Below, piece by piece: positions 9,389 through 17,931 of a DNA stretch of 64,000 nucleotides. The stretch comes from Shigella phage ESh30. The number at the start of each line of letters is the position of its first letter. Position 1 is the first letter of the stretch. The notes under the pieces were generated by a model. It was not told where the DNA came from. It ran no database searches and was given only the letters and a program-made list of their open reading frames with translations. Position numbers and translations under genes: made by a program. The stretch is from sequence record ON528740; one strand, given 5' to 3'.

Positions 9389-10327
9389 ATGTACAATATT
9401 AAATGCCTGACCAAAAACGAACAAGCTGAAATTGTTAAGCTGTATTCAAGTGGTAATTACACCCAACAGGAATTGGCTGATTGGCAAGGTGTATCGGTTG
9501 ACACAATCCGTCGTGTTTTGAAAAATGCTGAAGAAGCTAAACGCTCTAAAGTTACTATTAGCGGTGATATTACAGTTAAAGTTAATAGCGATGTAGTTAT
9601 TGCTCCAGTTGCTAAATCTGACATTATTTGGAATGCATCTAAAAAATTCATTTCAATTACTGTTGATGGTGTAACTTATAATGCAACACCTAATACTCAT
9701 TCAAACTTCCAGGAAATTCTTAATCTGCTTGTAGCGGATAAGCTGGAAGAAGCAGCACAAAAAATTAATGTTCGTCGCGCTGTTGAAAAATATATTTCCG
9801 GTGATGTTCGAATTGAAGGTGGAAGCTTATTCTATCAAAATATTGAATTGCGGTCTGGTTTGGTTGATCGTATTCTTGATTCGATGGAAAAAGGCGAAAA
9901 CTTTGAATTTTATTTTCCGTTCTTGGAAAATCTGCTGGAAAACCCAAGCCAGAAAGCGGTATCTCGACTTTTTGATTTCTTGGTAGCAAACGATATTGAA
10001 ATTACAGAAGATGGTTACTTCTATGCTTGGAAAGTAGTTCGCAGTAATTACTTTGACTGTCACTCAAATACCTTTGATAACAGTCCTGGTAAAGTAGTTA
10101 AAATGCCGCGTACTCGTGTGAATGACGATGATACACAAACTTGTTCTCGTGGTCTGCATGTGTGTTCTAAATCTTATATTCGTCACTTCGGTAGTTCAAC
10201 CAGCCGAGTTGTAAAAGTTAAAGTTCATCCTCGTGATGTAGTATCAATTCCGATTGATTACAACGACGCTAAAATGCGTACCTGCCAATACGAAGTAATT
10301 GAAGACGTTACTGAACAATTTAAATAA
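9389..10327 (+). CDS. rIIB: rIIB protein (312 aa)
   Basis: 312-aa ORF MYNIKCLTKNEQAEIVKLYSSGNYTQQELADWQGVSVDTIRRVL...; length and position match T4 rIIB. Confidence 0.93.
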   Translation: MYNIKCLTKNEQAEIVKLYSSGNYTQQELADWQGVSVDTIRRVLKNAEEAKRSKVTISGDITVKVNSDVVIAPVAKSDIIWNASKKFISITVDGVTYNATPNTHSNFQEILNLLVADKLEEAAQKINVRRAVEKYISGDVRIEGGSLFYQNIELRSGLVDRILDSMEKGENFEFYFPFLENLLENPSQKAVSRLFDFLVANDIEITEDGYFYAWKVVRSNYFDCHSNTFDNSPGKVVKMPRTRVNDDDTQTCSRGLHVCSKSYIRHFGSSTSRVVKVKVHPRDVVSIPIDYNDAKMRTCQYEVIEDVTEQFK

Positions 10328-10341
10328 GGGCTTCGGCCCTT
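10326..10341 (+). terminator. stem-loop aaggg-CUUCGG-ccctt after rIIB
   Basis: Inverted repeat; the identical hairpin recurs at 10554..10569. Confidence 0.4.
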
Positions 10342-10355
10342 AACTAAGGAAAATT

Positions 10356-10550
10356 ATGTTAGGTTATCAAGCACGAGTAAAAGAAGAATACGATCAATTA
10401 ATGCTCAAAATTAATGCACTGAGCAAATTTTTAGAAAGCACAAAGTTTCTAACGGTTAGTGCAGTTGAGCAAGAACTGCTGCTTTCACAGTTCATCTCAA
10501 TGAAATCTTATGCTGAGTGTCTAGAGAAAAGAATTGCACAATTCAAATAA
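10356..10550 (+). CDS. hypothetical protein (64 aa)
   Basis: ORF track; flanked by two copies of the gggcttcggccc hairpin. Confidence 0.45.
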   Translation: MLGYQARVKEEYDQLMLKINALSKFLESTKFLTVSAVEQELLLSQFISMKSYAECLEKRIAQFK

Positions 10551-10553
10551 AAT

Positions 10554-10576
10554 AAGGGCTTCGGCCCTTTTGTTTT
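10554..10576 (+). terminator. intrinsic terminator (gggcttcggccc + TTTTGTTTT)
   Basis: GC hairpin with UUCG loop followed by T-run. Confidence 0.6.
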
Positions 10577-10586
10577 AAGGTGAATT

Positions 10587-10916
10587 ATGATTTATTGTAT
10601 GAATATCGGTGATTCCGACATAAAAGAAATTTCTCTACATGGTAATCATCACGCTAATATTGTGTACTGTAATAAATTTGAGTTTGGACACGAAAAACTT
10701 GGGTTTCTTTATTGCAATGATGTTATAGTCATGGATAAAAAGGAACTCGATGAACTTGACCGTGAGTCTTTAGATGAAAATGACCGAATTTATTACGGCA
10801 CTCTTAAAGTATATAACGCTTATCTCAGCGGTAAAAAGGAAAGTCTAAATGCAGAAAACGAATCCGGGTTTACAGAGACTATTTCAGATTCCGACATTTA
10901 CCCTATCGAACAGTGA
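10587..10916 (+). CDS. hypothetical protein (109 aa)
   Basis: ORF track; overlaps start of denB. Confidence 0.4.
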   Translation: MIYCMNIGDSDIKEISLHGNHHANIVYCNKFEFGHEKLGFLYCNDVIVMDKKELDELDRESLDENDRIYYGTLKVYNAYLSGKKESLNAENESGFTETISDSDIYPIEQ

Positions 10917-11406
10917 TTTGACTAGTGAAATGAAGGTCAAAATTGCTGATACAGCAAGATACTCTTTAAAACAAAACCCGAACCAGGATAAAGCAGAAGT
11001 TATCGAAAGATGCCGTATCGCGGTGTACGCAGAGTTTTTTGTAGCAGATTGGCTAAGCGGGTATGTTAACAAAGGCCAAGAGGACGTTAATGACCCGTAT
11101 ACATACGCATGGGATGTATTGGCGCATCCAAGATACTGCGGGCTTCGTGTAGAAGTTAAGACACATCAAACTGACTCGCGTTGGATTTCGGTAACAACGG
11201 GATGCAGCGGAGAGTATCCATATGGTTCTGGAATAAATCTAGGGCCTATTCTAAATCATCAAGTCGCTGACTGTATAATTATATTCAACACTAAAGAAAT
11301 TCATCCAGGTGTCATCCAATACACTCCGAAGTTCATCGGTGATAGAGAAGACCTTCGTAAGGTTGTAAGAAAAAGCAACTACAACGGATGGTATCTTTCC
11401 ATTTAA
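10849..11406 (+). CDS. denB: endonuclease IV (dC-specific ssDNA endonuclease), 185 aa
   Basis: 185-aa ORF, same length as T4 denB, in the position between rIIB and ndd. Confidence 0.7.
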   Translation: MQKTNPGLQRLFQIPTFTLSNSDLTSEMKVKIADTARYSLKQNPNQDKAEVIERCRIAVYAEFFVADWLSGYVNKGQEDVNDPYTYAWDVLAHPRYCGLRVEVKTHQTDSRWISVTTGCSGEYPYGSGINLGPILNHQVADCIIIFNTKEIHPGVIQYTPKFIGDREDLRKVVRKSNYNGWYLSI

Positions 11407-11422
11407 AAATTTTCACAAAACG

Positions 11423-11469
11423 GTTTACATGCCACAAGGACCGTGGTACTATACAACTATCAACTACGG
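11423..11469 (+). promoter_or_regulatory. T4-type early promoter with -10 embedded in an imperfect hairpin
   Basis: cggtttacat...ccgtggtactatacaactatcaactacgg; 5' UTR nearly identical to the one at 11929..11975. Confidence 0.55.
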
Positions 11470-11480
11470 AGGAGCAGAAA

Positions 11481-11744
11481 ATGAAATTTAAATTTTATTA
11501 CGCTAAACATAAAATAACTGATGAGTTTGTGTCAGTTGAATATTCTAGCGATGATGAAGGTATGATTTATACTCGCTTAGGATTATCACATTGGGAGTCT
11601 GATCAACCTTATTTTTCAACTCCCGAAGAAATTACACGCTTAGTTAATGGTCATATGAATGACCACTGGAATGTAATTCTTTCAGATAGTCTTAAAGCGG
11701 CTATTAATAGTAATGAAATGAAAATCGCTGAGATTGAGCTATGA
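11481..11744 (+). CDS. hypothetical protein (~88 aa)
   Basis: ORF track 11388..11744 trimmed to ATG after RBS ggagga. Confidence 0.45.
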   Translation: MKFKFYYAKHKITDEFVSVEYSSDDEGMIYTRLGLSHWESDQPYFSTPEEITRLVNGHMNDHWNVILSDSLKAAINSNEMKIAEIEL

Positions 11745-11827
11745 GTTCATTATGGTGGTGTTTCGTTTGGTTAATTAGTATTCCATTAATTTGTTTAACA
11801 TTTACTTTTGTGATGAGGTTATTATGA
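11741..11827 (+). CDS. small hydrophobic peptide (28 aa)
   Basis: MSSLWWCFVWLISIPLICLTFTFVMRLL; ATGA overlap with neighbours; below ORF-track cutoff. Confidence 0.35.
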   Translation: MSSLWWCFVWLISIPLICLTFTFVMRLL

Positions 11828-11922
11828 AAATTTTGAATTCTGTACTTATTGCTTGTGCGTGGTGGGTTGCACAGGTTTCAGCAGTGGTGATTGGTATTCA
11901 CATTTATTACGAATATTTTTAA
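11824..11922 (+). CDS. small hydrophobic peptide (32 aa)
   Basis: MKILNSVLIACAWWVAQVSAVVIGIHIYYEYF; translationally coupled (TTATGA overlap). Confidence 0.35.
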   Translation: MKILNSVLIACAWWVAQVSAVVIGIHIYYEYF

Positions 11923-11928
11923 AAAGTT

Positions 11929-11975
11929 GTTTACAAGACTGTTCTTCCGTGGTACTATTACCCTATCAACTACGG
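11929..11975 (+). promoter_or_regulatory. T4-type early promoter with hairpin
   Basis: gtttacaagactgttcttccgtggtactattaccctatcaactacgg; 5' UTR ctatcaactacggaggaRcagaaaatg shared with promoter at 11423. Confidence 0.55.
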
Positions 11976-11986
11976 AGGAACAGAAA

Positions 11987-12100
11987 ATGAAAAAGATTGT
12001 TAAAGCTATATGGAATGTAGTTATAATACTAATAGTTTTGAGTATATTCCCAATCGTTTTAATGATTGATGTATTAAACGTTTACTTTGGATTTATGTGA
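11987..12100 (+). CDS. small hydrophobic membrane peptide (37 aa)
   Basis: MKKIVKAIWNVVIILIVLSIFPIVLMIDVLNVYFGFM. Confidence 0.4.
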   Translation: MKKIVKAIWNVVIILIVLSIFPIVLMIDVLNVYFGFM

Positions 12101-12107
12101 GGAAAAT

Positions 12108-12305
12108 ATGAAGCGTAAACGCAGTGCTTTTACATTTATTGAATGGTTTTTCGATAATATTTTTCCGGCTTTATTCATTTTCATGCTGATTTTTGCCTTA
12201 GGTTCAGTTGTAGTTGGAATCTATTTGATGGCAGTAGTCGGAATGGATATTCATCAAAATGGTTTAAAATCTGTGGTTGAAACAATTTGGAATGGTGTAA
12301 AATGA
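12108..12305 (+). CDS. small membrane protein (65 aa)
   Basis: ORF track 12087..12305 trimmed to ATG 12108; hydrophobic core FPALFIFMLIFALGSVVVGIYLMAVVG. Confidence 0.45.
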   Translation: MKRKRSAFTFIEWFFDNIFPALFIFMLIFALGSVVVGIYLMAVVGMDIHQNGLKSVVETIWNGVK

Positions 12306-12412
12306 TGAATTTGTTGAGCGGTTGGTTTTATATTCTTATGTTTTACATTGGTGCAAATTTTCCATATTGGATGGGATGGTCAACAACTGCATTTGGATTT
12401 TATACTCCTTGA
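12302..12412 (+). CDS. small hydrophobic peptide (36 aa)
   Basis: MMNLLSGWFYILMFYIGANFPYWMGWSTTAFGFYTP. Confidence 0.35.
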   Translation: MMNLLSGWFYILMFYIGANFPYWMGWSTTAFGFYTP

Positions 12413-12420
12413 GGTGAATT

Positions 12421-12636
12421 ATGAAAAGTTTTAAAGATGTAAAAGTTGGTGAAATTTTCTGTTTAGATAACGGTGATCAGTTAATTCGTATTTCACCTCT
12501 TAAGAGCACTAGCGAGAAACCGACAGTTAACGCTACTTTAGCAAATAACAGTAATGAACGTTTCTGTATTGAAAATGATACTGAAACTTATACCGTAGAA
12601 GAGTTTTGGGAATTGAGCGTCGACTGCGACGATTAA
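12421..12636 (+). CDS. hypothetical protein (71 aa)
   Basis: ORF track. Confidence 0.45.
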   Translation: MKSFKDVKVGEIFCLDNGDQLIRISPLKSTSEKPTVNATLANNSNERFCIENDTETYTVEEFWELSVDCDD

Positions 12637-12642
12637 TTTAAT

Positions 12643-12662
12643 GGCCGCGTATTCATGCGGCC
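12643..12662 (+). promoter_or_regulatory. stem-loop ggccgc-gtattcat-gcggcc
   Basis: 6-bp GC-rich inverted repeat between ORFs. Confidence 0.4.
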
Positions 12663-12694
12663 TTGGAGTAGAAAATAATTTAGAGGAAATTAAT

Positions 12695-13153
12695 ATGAAA
12701 TATATGACTGTTACTGATCTGAATGATGCAGGTGCTACTGTTATTGGTACAATCAAGGGTGGTGAGTGGTTTTTGGGAACTCCGCATAAAGATATTTTAT
12801 CTAAACCTGGATTTTACTTTTTAGTAAGTAAATTAGATGGTCGTCCATTTAGTAATCCATGTGTGTCAGCACGATTTTATGTAGGTAATCAGCGTTCTAA
12901 GCAAGGATTCAGTGCAGTTCTAAGTCATATTCGTCAACGTCGGTCTCAGCTTGCACGTACTATTGCAAATAACAATGTTCCATACACAGTGTTTTATCTG
13001 CCTGCTTCTAAGATGAAACCTCTGACGACGGGATTTGGAAAAGGACAGTTAGCTTTAGCGTTTACTCGTAATCATCATTCTGAGTATCAAACACTTGAAG
13101 AAATGAACCGTATGTTGGCTGATAACTTTAAATTCGTTTTGCAGGCATATTAA
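12695..13153 (+). CDS. ndd: nucleoid disruption protein Ndd (152 aa)
   Basis: [52 protein letters not shown]...; length and position (immediately upstream of stp) as in T4. Confidence 0.65.
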   Translation: MKYMTVTDLNDAGATVIGTIKGGEWFLGTPHKDILSKPGFYFLVSKLDGRPFSNPCVSARFYVGNQRSKQGFSAVLSHIRQRRSQLARTIANNNVPYTVFYLPASKMKPLTTGFGKGQLALAFTRNHHSEYQTLEEMNRMLADNFKFVLQAY

Positions 13154-13233
13154 TGAGTAATTTCCATAACGAACATGTGATGCAGTTCTATCGTAATAAT
13201 TTTAAAACTAAAGGCGTCTTCGGACGCCAGTGA
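13153..13233 (+). CDS. stp: Stp peptide (26 aa), activator of host PrrC anticodon nuclease / restriction-modulating peptide
   Basis: [26 protein letters not shown] recognised as T4 Stp (one substitution from my recollection of the T4 sequence); not in ORF track. Confidence 0.8.
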   Translation: MSNFHNEHVMQFYRNNFKTKGVFGRQ

Positions 13234-13240
13234 GGAAAAT

Positions 13241-13393
13241 ATGAAATTTGTTTATGGTATAGCCTTTTTCTGCTGGTCCTTTTTATTCGCCGGAACAGTA
13301 ATAACTGGAGAAACTTCAGTATTTTTACAAGCAACAGCTCAAGGCGTATTAGCAATTTTATCATTGTTTTGGCTATTAAATGAAAATGATTAA
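13241..13393 (+). CDS. small membrane protein (50 aa; position of T4 ac)
   Basis: MKFVYGIAFFCWSFLFAGTVITGETSVFLQATAQGVLAILSLFWLLNEND. Confidence 0.45.
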   Translation: MKFVYGIAFFCWSFLFAGTVITGETSVFLQATAQGVLAILSLFWLLNEND

Positions 13394-13541
13394 GAAAATC
13401 TTGGGCTATTCATTAGCCCTTGCTACTTTATTAGTAGCACTATATTATGGAGTAATGTTCGGATTAATTCAAGTCGTGCTTTTCATTTCTGATGTTATTA
13501 TGGCACTACATTCACTAGTATGGGTAAATTTATGCAACTAA
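13386..13541 (+). CDS. small membrane protein (51 aa)
   Basis: MIKKILGYSLALATLLVALYYGVMFGLIQVVLFISDVIMALHSLVWVNLCN; overlaps gene 52 start. Confidence 0.4.
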   Translation: MIKKILGYSLALATLLVALYYGVMFGLIQVVLFISDVIMALHSLVWVNLCN

Positions 13542-14860
13542 ATAATCGCGATTTAAAAAGTATCATTGATAATGAAGCATTGGCTTATGCTATGTACACG
13601 GTTGAAAATCGTGCTATCCCAAATATGATTGATGGATTTAAGCCAGTTCAACGATTTGTTATTTCTCGAGCTCTTGATTTGGCACGAGGAAATAAAGATA
13701 AGTTTCACAAACTCGCTTCTATTGCAGGTGGTGTAGCAGACCTTGGATATCATCATGGTGAAAACTCTGCACAAGACGCAGGTGCTTTGATGGCTAACAC
13801 TTGGAATAATAATTTTCCTCTGTTAGATGGTCAAGGAAACTTTGGTTCTCGTACCGTCCAAAAAGCAGCAGCAAGTCGTTATATTTTTGCTCGTGTAAGT
13901 AAAAATTTCTATAACGTATATAAAGATACTGAATATGCTCCGGTACATCAAGATAAAGAACACATTCCGCCTGCTTTCTATTTGCCTATTATTCCTACTG
14001 TTCTTCTTAACGGTGTTTCCGGTATTGCAACTGGTTATGCAACTTACATTCTTCCTCATAGCGTTTCTTCTGTCAAGAAAGCTGTATTGCAAGCTCTTCA
14101 AGGAAAGAAAGTAACTAAACCGAAGGTAGAATTCCCAGAATTTCGTGGTGAAGTCGTTGAGATTGATAGCCAATATGAAATTCGTGGAACATATAAGTTT
14201 ACTTCACGAACTCAAATGCATATCACTGAGATTCCGTATAAGTATGATCGTGAAACTTATGTGAGTAAAATCTTAGACCCACTTGAAGATAAAGGCTTCA
14301 TTACATGGGATGATGCTTGTGGTGAGCATGGTTTTGGATTCAAAGTTAAATTCCGCAAAGAATATTCTTTGAGCGATAATGAAGAAGAACGTCATGCAAA
14401 AATTATGAAAGACTTCGGGTTGATTGAGCGTCGTTCTCAGAATATTACGGTTATTAATGAGAAAGGAAAATTACAAGTTTACGATAACGTAGTTGATTTA
14501 ATTAAAGACTTTGTTGAAGTTCGTAAAACTTATGTCCAAAAACGAATTGATAACAAAATTAAAGAAACTGAGTCCGCTTTTCGTTTAGCCTTTGCCAAGG
14601 CACATTTCATTAAGAAAGTAATTTCAGGTGAAATCGTTGTGCAGGGTAAAACTCGTAAAGAACTGACCGAAGAACTTTCGAAAATCGATATGTATTCTTC
14701 TTATGTTGATAAACTAGTCGGAATGAACATTTTTCATATGACTTCCGACGAAGCAAAGAAACTTGCTGAAGAAGCTAAAGCCAAAAAAGAAGAAAACGAA
14801 TATTGGAAAACTACTGATGTAGTTACAGAATACACCAAAGATTTAGAGGAAATCAAATGA
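13532..14860 (+). CDS. 52: DNA topoisomerase II medium subunit (GyrA-like), 442 aa
   Basis: MQLNNRDLKSIIDNEALAYAMYTVENRAIPNMIDGFKPVQRFVISRAL... (GyrA-type PVQR motif); ORF track 13520..14860 trimmed to ATG 13532. Confidence 0.93.
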   Translation: MQLNNRDLKSIIDNEALAYAMYTVENRAIPNMIDGFKPVQRFVISRALDLARGNKDKFHKLASIAGGVADLGYHHGENSAQDAGALMANTWNNNFPLLDGQGNFGSRTVQKAAASRYIFARVSKNFYNVYKDTEYAPVHQDKEHIPPAFYLPIIPTVLLNGVSGIATGYATYILPHSVSSVKKAVLQALQGKKVTKPKVEFPEFRGEVVEIDSQYEIRGTYKFTSRTQMHITEIPYKYDRETYVSKILDPLEDKGFITWDDACGEHGFGFKVKFRKEYSLSDNEEERHAKIMKDFGLIERRSQNITVINEKGKLQVYDNVVDLIKDFVEVRKTYVQKRIDNKIKETESAFRLAFAKAHFIKKVISGEIVVQGKTRKELTEELSKIDMYSSYVDKLVGMNIFHMTSDEAKKLAEEAKAKKEENEYWKTTDVVTEYTKDLEEIK

Positions 14861-15006
14861 GTCCATTCATTGGTATCACAAGCGCTGCATTAGTATCTGG
14901 TGGCATTTTACTGGCGGGTTTAGGTGTTGTTCCTGCCGTAGCAGGAGGTCTTCTTGCGTTCGGAATTCAACGTGTTATCATGACAGTTATCACAGTCATG
15001 CAGTAA
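14857..15006 (+). CDS. small membrane protein (49 aa)
   Basis: MSPFIGITSAALVSGGILLAGLGVVPAVAGGLLAFGIQRVIMTVITVMQ; ATGA overlap with gene 52 stop. Confidence 0.4.
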   Translation: MSPFIGITSAALVSGGILLAGLGVVPAVAGGLLAFGIQRVIMTVITVMQ

Positions 15007-15010
15007 TTTT

Positions 15011-15037
15011 AGGGAGAGCCTCGGCTCTCCCTTTTTT
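15011..15037 (+). terminator. intrinsic terminator (agggagagcc-tcg-gctctccct + T6)
   Basis: Perfect GC hairpin followed by TTTTTT. Confidence 0.7.
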
Positions 15038-15062
15038 ATTTCAAAAATTTTTTCACAAAACG

Positions 15063-15092
15063 GTTTACAACCAAAGCATACTGTGGTACTAT
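15063..15092 (+). promoter_or_regulatory. T4-type early promoter (GTTTAC ... GTGGTACTAT)
   Basis: Part of a terminator+promoter module repeated at 32420..32499. Confidence 0.6.
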
Positions 15093-15141
15093 ACAACTAT
15101 CAAATAAATGAACTGAAACAAACAACCCGGAGATACAAAAA

Positions 15142-15369
15142 ATGAAATTTAAAATCGAAAACGAAATCGTTAAAGCTAAAAATGCTCTGACTGCTAACAA
15201 ACTGGTTGTAGATGGTATTGAATATGATATCTGTGGAGTTCGTGAAGAAAAACCTGGTGTTCTGACTTTCTTCACAATGATTTTTAAATTTAAAGGTGAC
15301 ACAGAATTCAAACAGTTTGATTTTGCCCATGAAGACGAAATCGAAGTTCGTAATCTGAACATTAAGTAA
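15142..15369 (+). CDS. hypothetical protein (75 aa), in the motA.1 position
   Basis: ORF track. Confidence 0.5.
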   Translation: MKFKIENEIVKAKNALTANKLVVDGIEYDICGVREEKPGVLTFFTMIFKFKGDTEFKQFDFAHEDEIEVRNLNIK

Positions 15370-15408
15370 GTACTTTATTAGAGCTCTTGAAAAAGAGTGC
15401 AAAAAAGT

Positions 15409-15437
15409 GTTTACTTCTGCTTTAAACATGATACTAT
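15409..15437 (+). promoter_or_regulatory. T4-type early promoter upstream of motA
   Basis: gtttacttctgctttaaacatgatactat; 5' UTR ctatcaaataaatgaactgaaac shared with promoter at 15063. Confidence 0.55.
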
Positions 15438-15474
15438 AGACCTATCAAATAAATGAACTGAAACGGAGATTAAA

Positions 15475-16110
15475 ATGTCTAAAGTAACTTACATCATCAA
15501 AGCTTCTAACGATGTTCTGAATGAAAAAACTGCTGCGATTTTAATTACCATTGCTAAGAAAGATTTCATTACAGCCGCAGAAGTTCGTGAGGTGCATCCA
15601 GATTTAGGTAACGCAGTAGTTAATAGTAATATTGGGGTATTGATTAAAAAAGGCCTGGTGGAGAAATCTGGTGATGGATTAATCATTACTGGTGAAGCTC
15701 AGGATATTATTTCAAATGCGGCAACTTTATATGCACAGGAAAATGCTCCTGAACTACTGAAAAAACGAGCAACTCGTAAAGCTCGTGAGATTACTTCCGA
15801 TATGGAAGAAGATAAAGACCTTATGCTAAAACTTTTAGATGAAAATGGATTTGTTCTTAAAAAGGTTGAAACTTACCGCAGTAACTATCTTGCTATTTTA
15901 GAAAAACGCACTCACGGAATTCGTAATTTTGAAATTAATAACAATGGAAATATGCGAATTTTTGGATACAAAATGATGGAACACCATATTCAGAAATTTA
16001 CTGATATTGGAATGTCATGTAAAATCGCTAAAAACGGCAATGTGTATCTTGACATTAAACGCTCGGCAGAAAACATTGAAGCCGTAATCACTGTAGCATC
16101 TGAACTGTGA
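15475..16110 (+). CDS. motA: middle-transcription activator MotA (211 aa)
   Basis: MSKVTYIIKASNDVLNEKTAAILITIAKKDFITAAEVREVHPDLGNAVVNSNIGVLIKKGLVEKSGDGLIITGEAQ... recognised as T4 MotA. Confidence 0.9.
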   Translation: MSKVTYIIKASNDVLNEKTAAILITIAKKDFITAAEVREVHPDLGNAVVNSNIGVLIKKGLVEKSGDGLIITGEAQDIISNAATLYAQENAPELLKKRATRKAREITSDMEEDKDLMLKLLDENGFVLKKVETYRSNYLAILEKRTHGIRNFEINNNGNMRIFGYKMMEHHIQKFTDIGMSCKIAKNGNVYLDIKRSAENIEAVITVASEL

Positions 16111-16120
16111 GGAATAAATA

Positions 16121-16450
16121 ATGAACAAGTTAGAAATTGTCAATGAACTTCGTCGTTGTGTAGAACCTACTCAAGAGGGTTGGGACATCTGGTACCATGG
16201 AGCTTATCTTGGAACTATCGTAAAGATTAAGACTGGTAAATACATGATTATTCGTGAAAGTAAAGATGCTCCAGTAGGTATTCGCAATAATTTTATGGCA
16301 GCGATAAGTTCATTTACGGATGCAGCTTACGAAATTTACCTTGCTGATTATAAAGAATTCCAGGAATCTCAACCAGTTATTCGCTCAATTGGTGTTAACA
16401 AAGCTCAACAGAAAACTTTGTGGCAGCGTATTAAAGGATGGTTTAAATGA
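16121..16450 (+). CDS. hypothetical protein (109 aa)
   Basis: ORF track. Confidence 0.45.
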   Translation: MNKLEIVNELRRCVEPTQEGWDIWYHGAYLGTIVKIKTGKYMIIRESKDAPVGIRNNFMAAISSFTDAAYEIYLADYKEFQESQPVIRSIGVNKAQQKTLWQRIKGWFK

Positions 16451-16908
16451 ACCCATTTATTAATCGTTTAAAAATGCTGAATGTTCCTTTATGTCGTGAA
16501 ACTCCAGAAAGTCTTGTTGAAAAATTTAAAGCGCATGGTTATAAATGCACAGAAGAAGATATTCTAAAAGAAGTTCCTGAAATCTGTTGGCAGACCGCAT
16601 ACTGGGATGAAAACCAAAAGTATCAACGACGAATTGTTTGTGCCGCCAACCGTTTTAAATTAAAAGATGGACGAACTCTTGTTATTCCAGGTGCTCGTCA
16701 TTATTCTAAAGATATGGCAGAAGTTTTAGATGCAGTTAAACCCCAATTAGTTACTCAGCAAGTTTGTGATGATGACCAAGGGTTTATTGATCAGTATAGC
16801 AATTACTGGACACGTGAAGAAGCAATGATTATTGCAACTTACGCCGGACAAGTACGTATTGAACGCGGTGGTAGTGAAAAAGAACTTTACTCTGAGGACC
16901 TTTACTAA
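16447..16908 (+). CDS. hypothetical protein (153 aa)
   Basis: ORF track; ATGA overlap. Confidence 0.45.
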   Translation: MNPFINRLKMLNVPLCRETPESLVEKFKAHGYKCTEEDILKEVPEICWQTAYWDENQKYQRRIVCAANRFKLKDGRTLVIPGARHYSKDMAEVLDAVKPQLVTQQVCDDDQGFIDQYSNYWTREEAMIIATYAGQVRIERGGSEKELYSEDLY

Positions 16909-17204
16909 TGAATATTAAAAAGTTTCAAATTGATGGAATTAAGAATCAAATCCAGGCGTTGGAATATGCCAATAAAATGATGTCAACTAATTGGGGAATT
17001 TATGCCAATGAACCGGCATTTCAGTTCTGTGATATGGAATTCACTAAAAAGCTCGTAGGAAAAAATTATGTATGTCCATTTAGTTCTCCAGTAAATGGAA
17101 TGCTAAAACCTGCTTTACGCGATCTTTATATTGCGATGAACGAAGAAATGATAAAAGAATTAAAACGTCAACTGAAGGTGATTCAATTTGGCCAGGGAAA
17201 TTAA
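16908..17204 (+). CDS. hypothetical protein (98 aa)
   Basis: ORF track. Confidence 0.45.
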   Translation: MNIKKFQIDGIKNQIQALEYANKMMSTNWGIYANEPAFQFCDMEFTKKLVGKNYVCPFSSPVNGMLKPALRDLYIAMNEEMIKELKRQLKVIQFGQGN

Positions 17205-17412
17205 TTCAAAATCCGATTATTTTAATTCTCTCAATGATAAAGATAAAAATTTAATAAGACATTTTATCGTTGAGATGGGATATACTGACACACGTGATTT
17301 AAGAGAACATATATTTGAATGTGGTGTAGCTAAAAAGTTTTCATTCACATGCAAATGTTTGAGAGAGGTAATTCAGCACTATGAACAATTTAGTCGCAAA
17401 ACACAATTTTAA
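17188..17412 (+). CDS. hypothetical protein (74 aa)
   Basis: ORF track. Confidence 0.4.
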   Translation: MAREINSKSDYFNSLNDKDKNLIRHFIVEMGYTDTRDLREHIFECGVAKKFSFTCKCLREVIQHYEQFSRKTQF

Positions 17413-17489
17413 TAAAGCTTCTGTCCATAAGGATAAGAAGAAAGCGTTTAAAGAATCTAATCGCAAACAGAAACATAAGGGGAAGGTCT

Positions 17490-17768
17490 ATGATTATTGA
17501 TTCTCAGTCCGTGGTTCAATACACAATCAAAATTGATATTCTAGAAAAGCTATATAAGTTTCTACCAAACCTATACCATTCAATTGTCAATGAATTAGTT
17601 GAAGAGTTACATCTTGAGAATAATGATTTCTTGATTGGAACTTATAAAGACCTCTCAAAAGCAGGATATTTTTACGTAATTCCAGCTCCAGGAAAAAGTA
17701 TTGATGATGTATTAAAAACTATAATGATTTATGTCCATGATTACGAAATTGAAGATTATTTCGAATGA
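17490..17768 (+). CDS. arn: anti-restriction protein Arn (McrBC inhibitor), 92 aa
   Basis: 92-aa acidic ORF, same length as T4 Arn, located between motA and asiA. Confidence 0.6.
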   Translation: MIIDSQSVVQYTIKIDILEKLYKFLPNLYHSIVNELVEELHLENNDFLIGTYKDLSKAGYFYVIPAPGKSIDDVLKTIMIYVHDYEIEDYFE

Positions 17769-17902
17769 GTCATAATCTTGAAAAGGTAATCGAGCATAAT
17801 GTAGCTCAGGAACGCGAGTCGTTCAAGGAATTCGTAGAAAAAATTTTTTTGAAGAAAATAACACAGACCAGTTTACAAATCAAGCGTCTGATGATATTAT
17901 AA
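17765..17902 (+). CDS. small ORF (45 aa)
   Basis: ATGA-coupled to arn; MSHNLEKVIEHNVAQERESFKEFVEKIFLKKITQTSLQIKRLMIL. Confidence 0.3.
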   Translation: MSHNLEKVIEHNVAQERESFKEFVEKIFLKKITQTSLQIKRLMIL

Positions 17903-17931
17903 CAAAGTCAACTAATTGAGTGGTATAGTTA

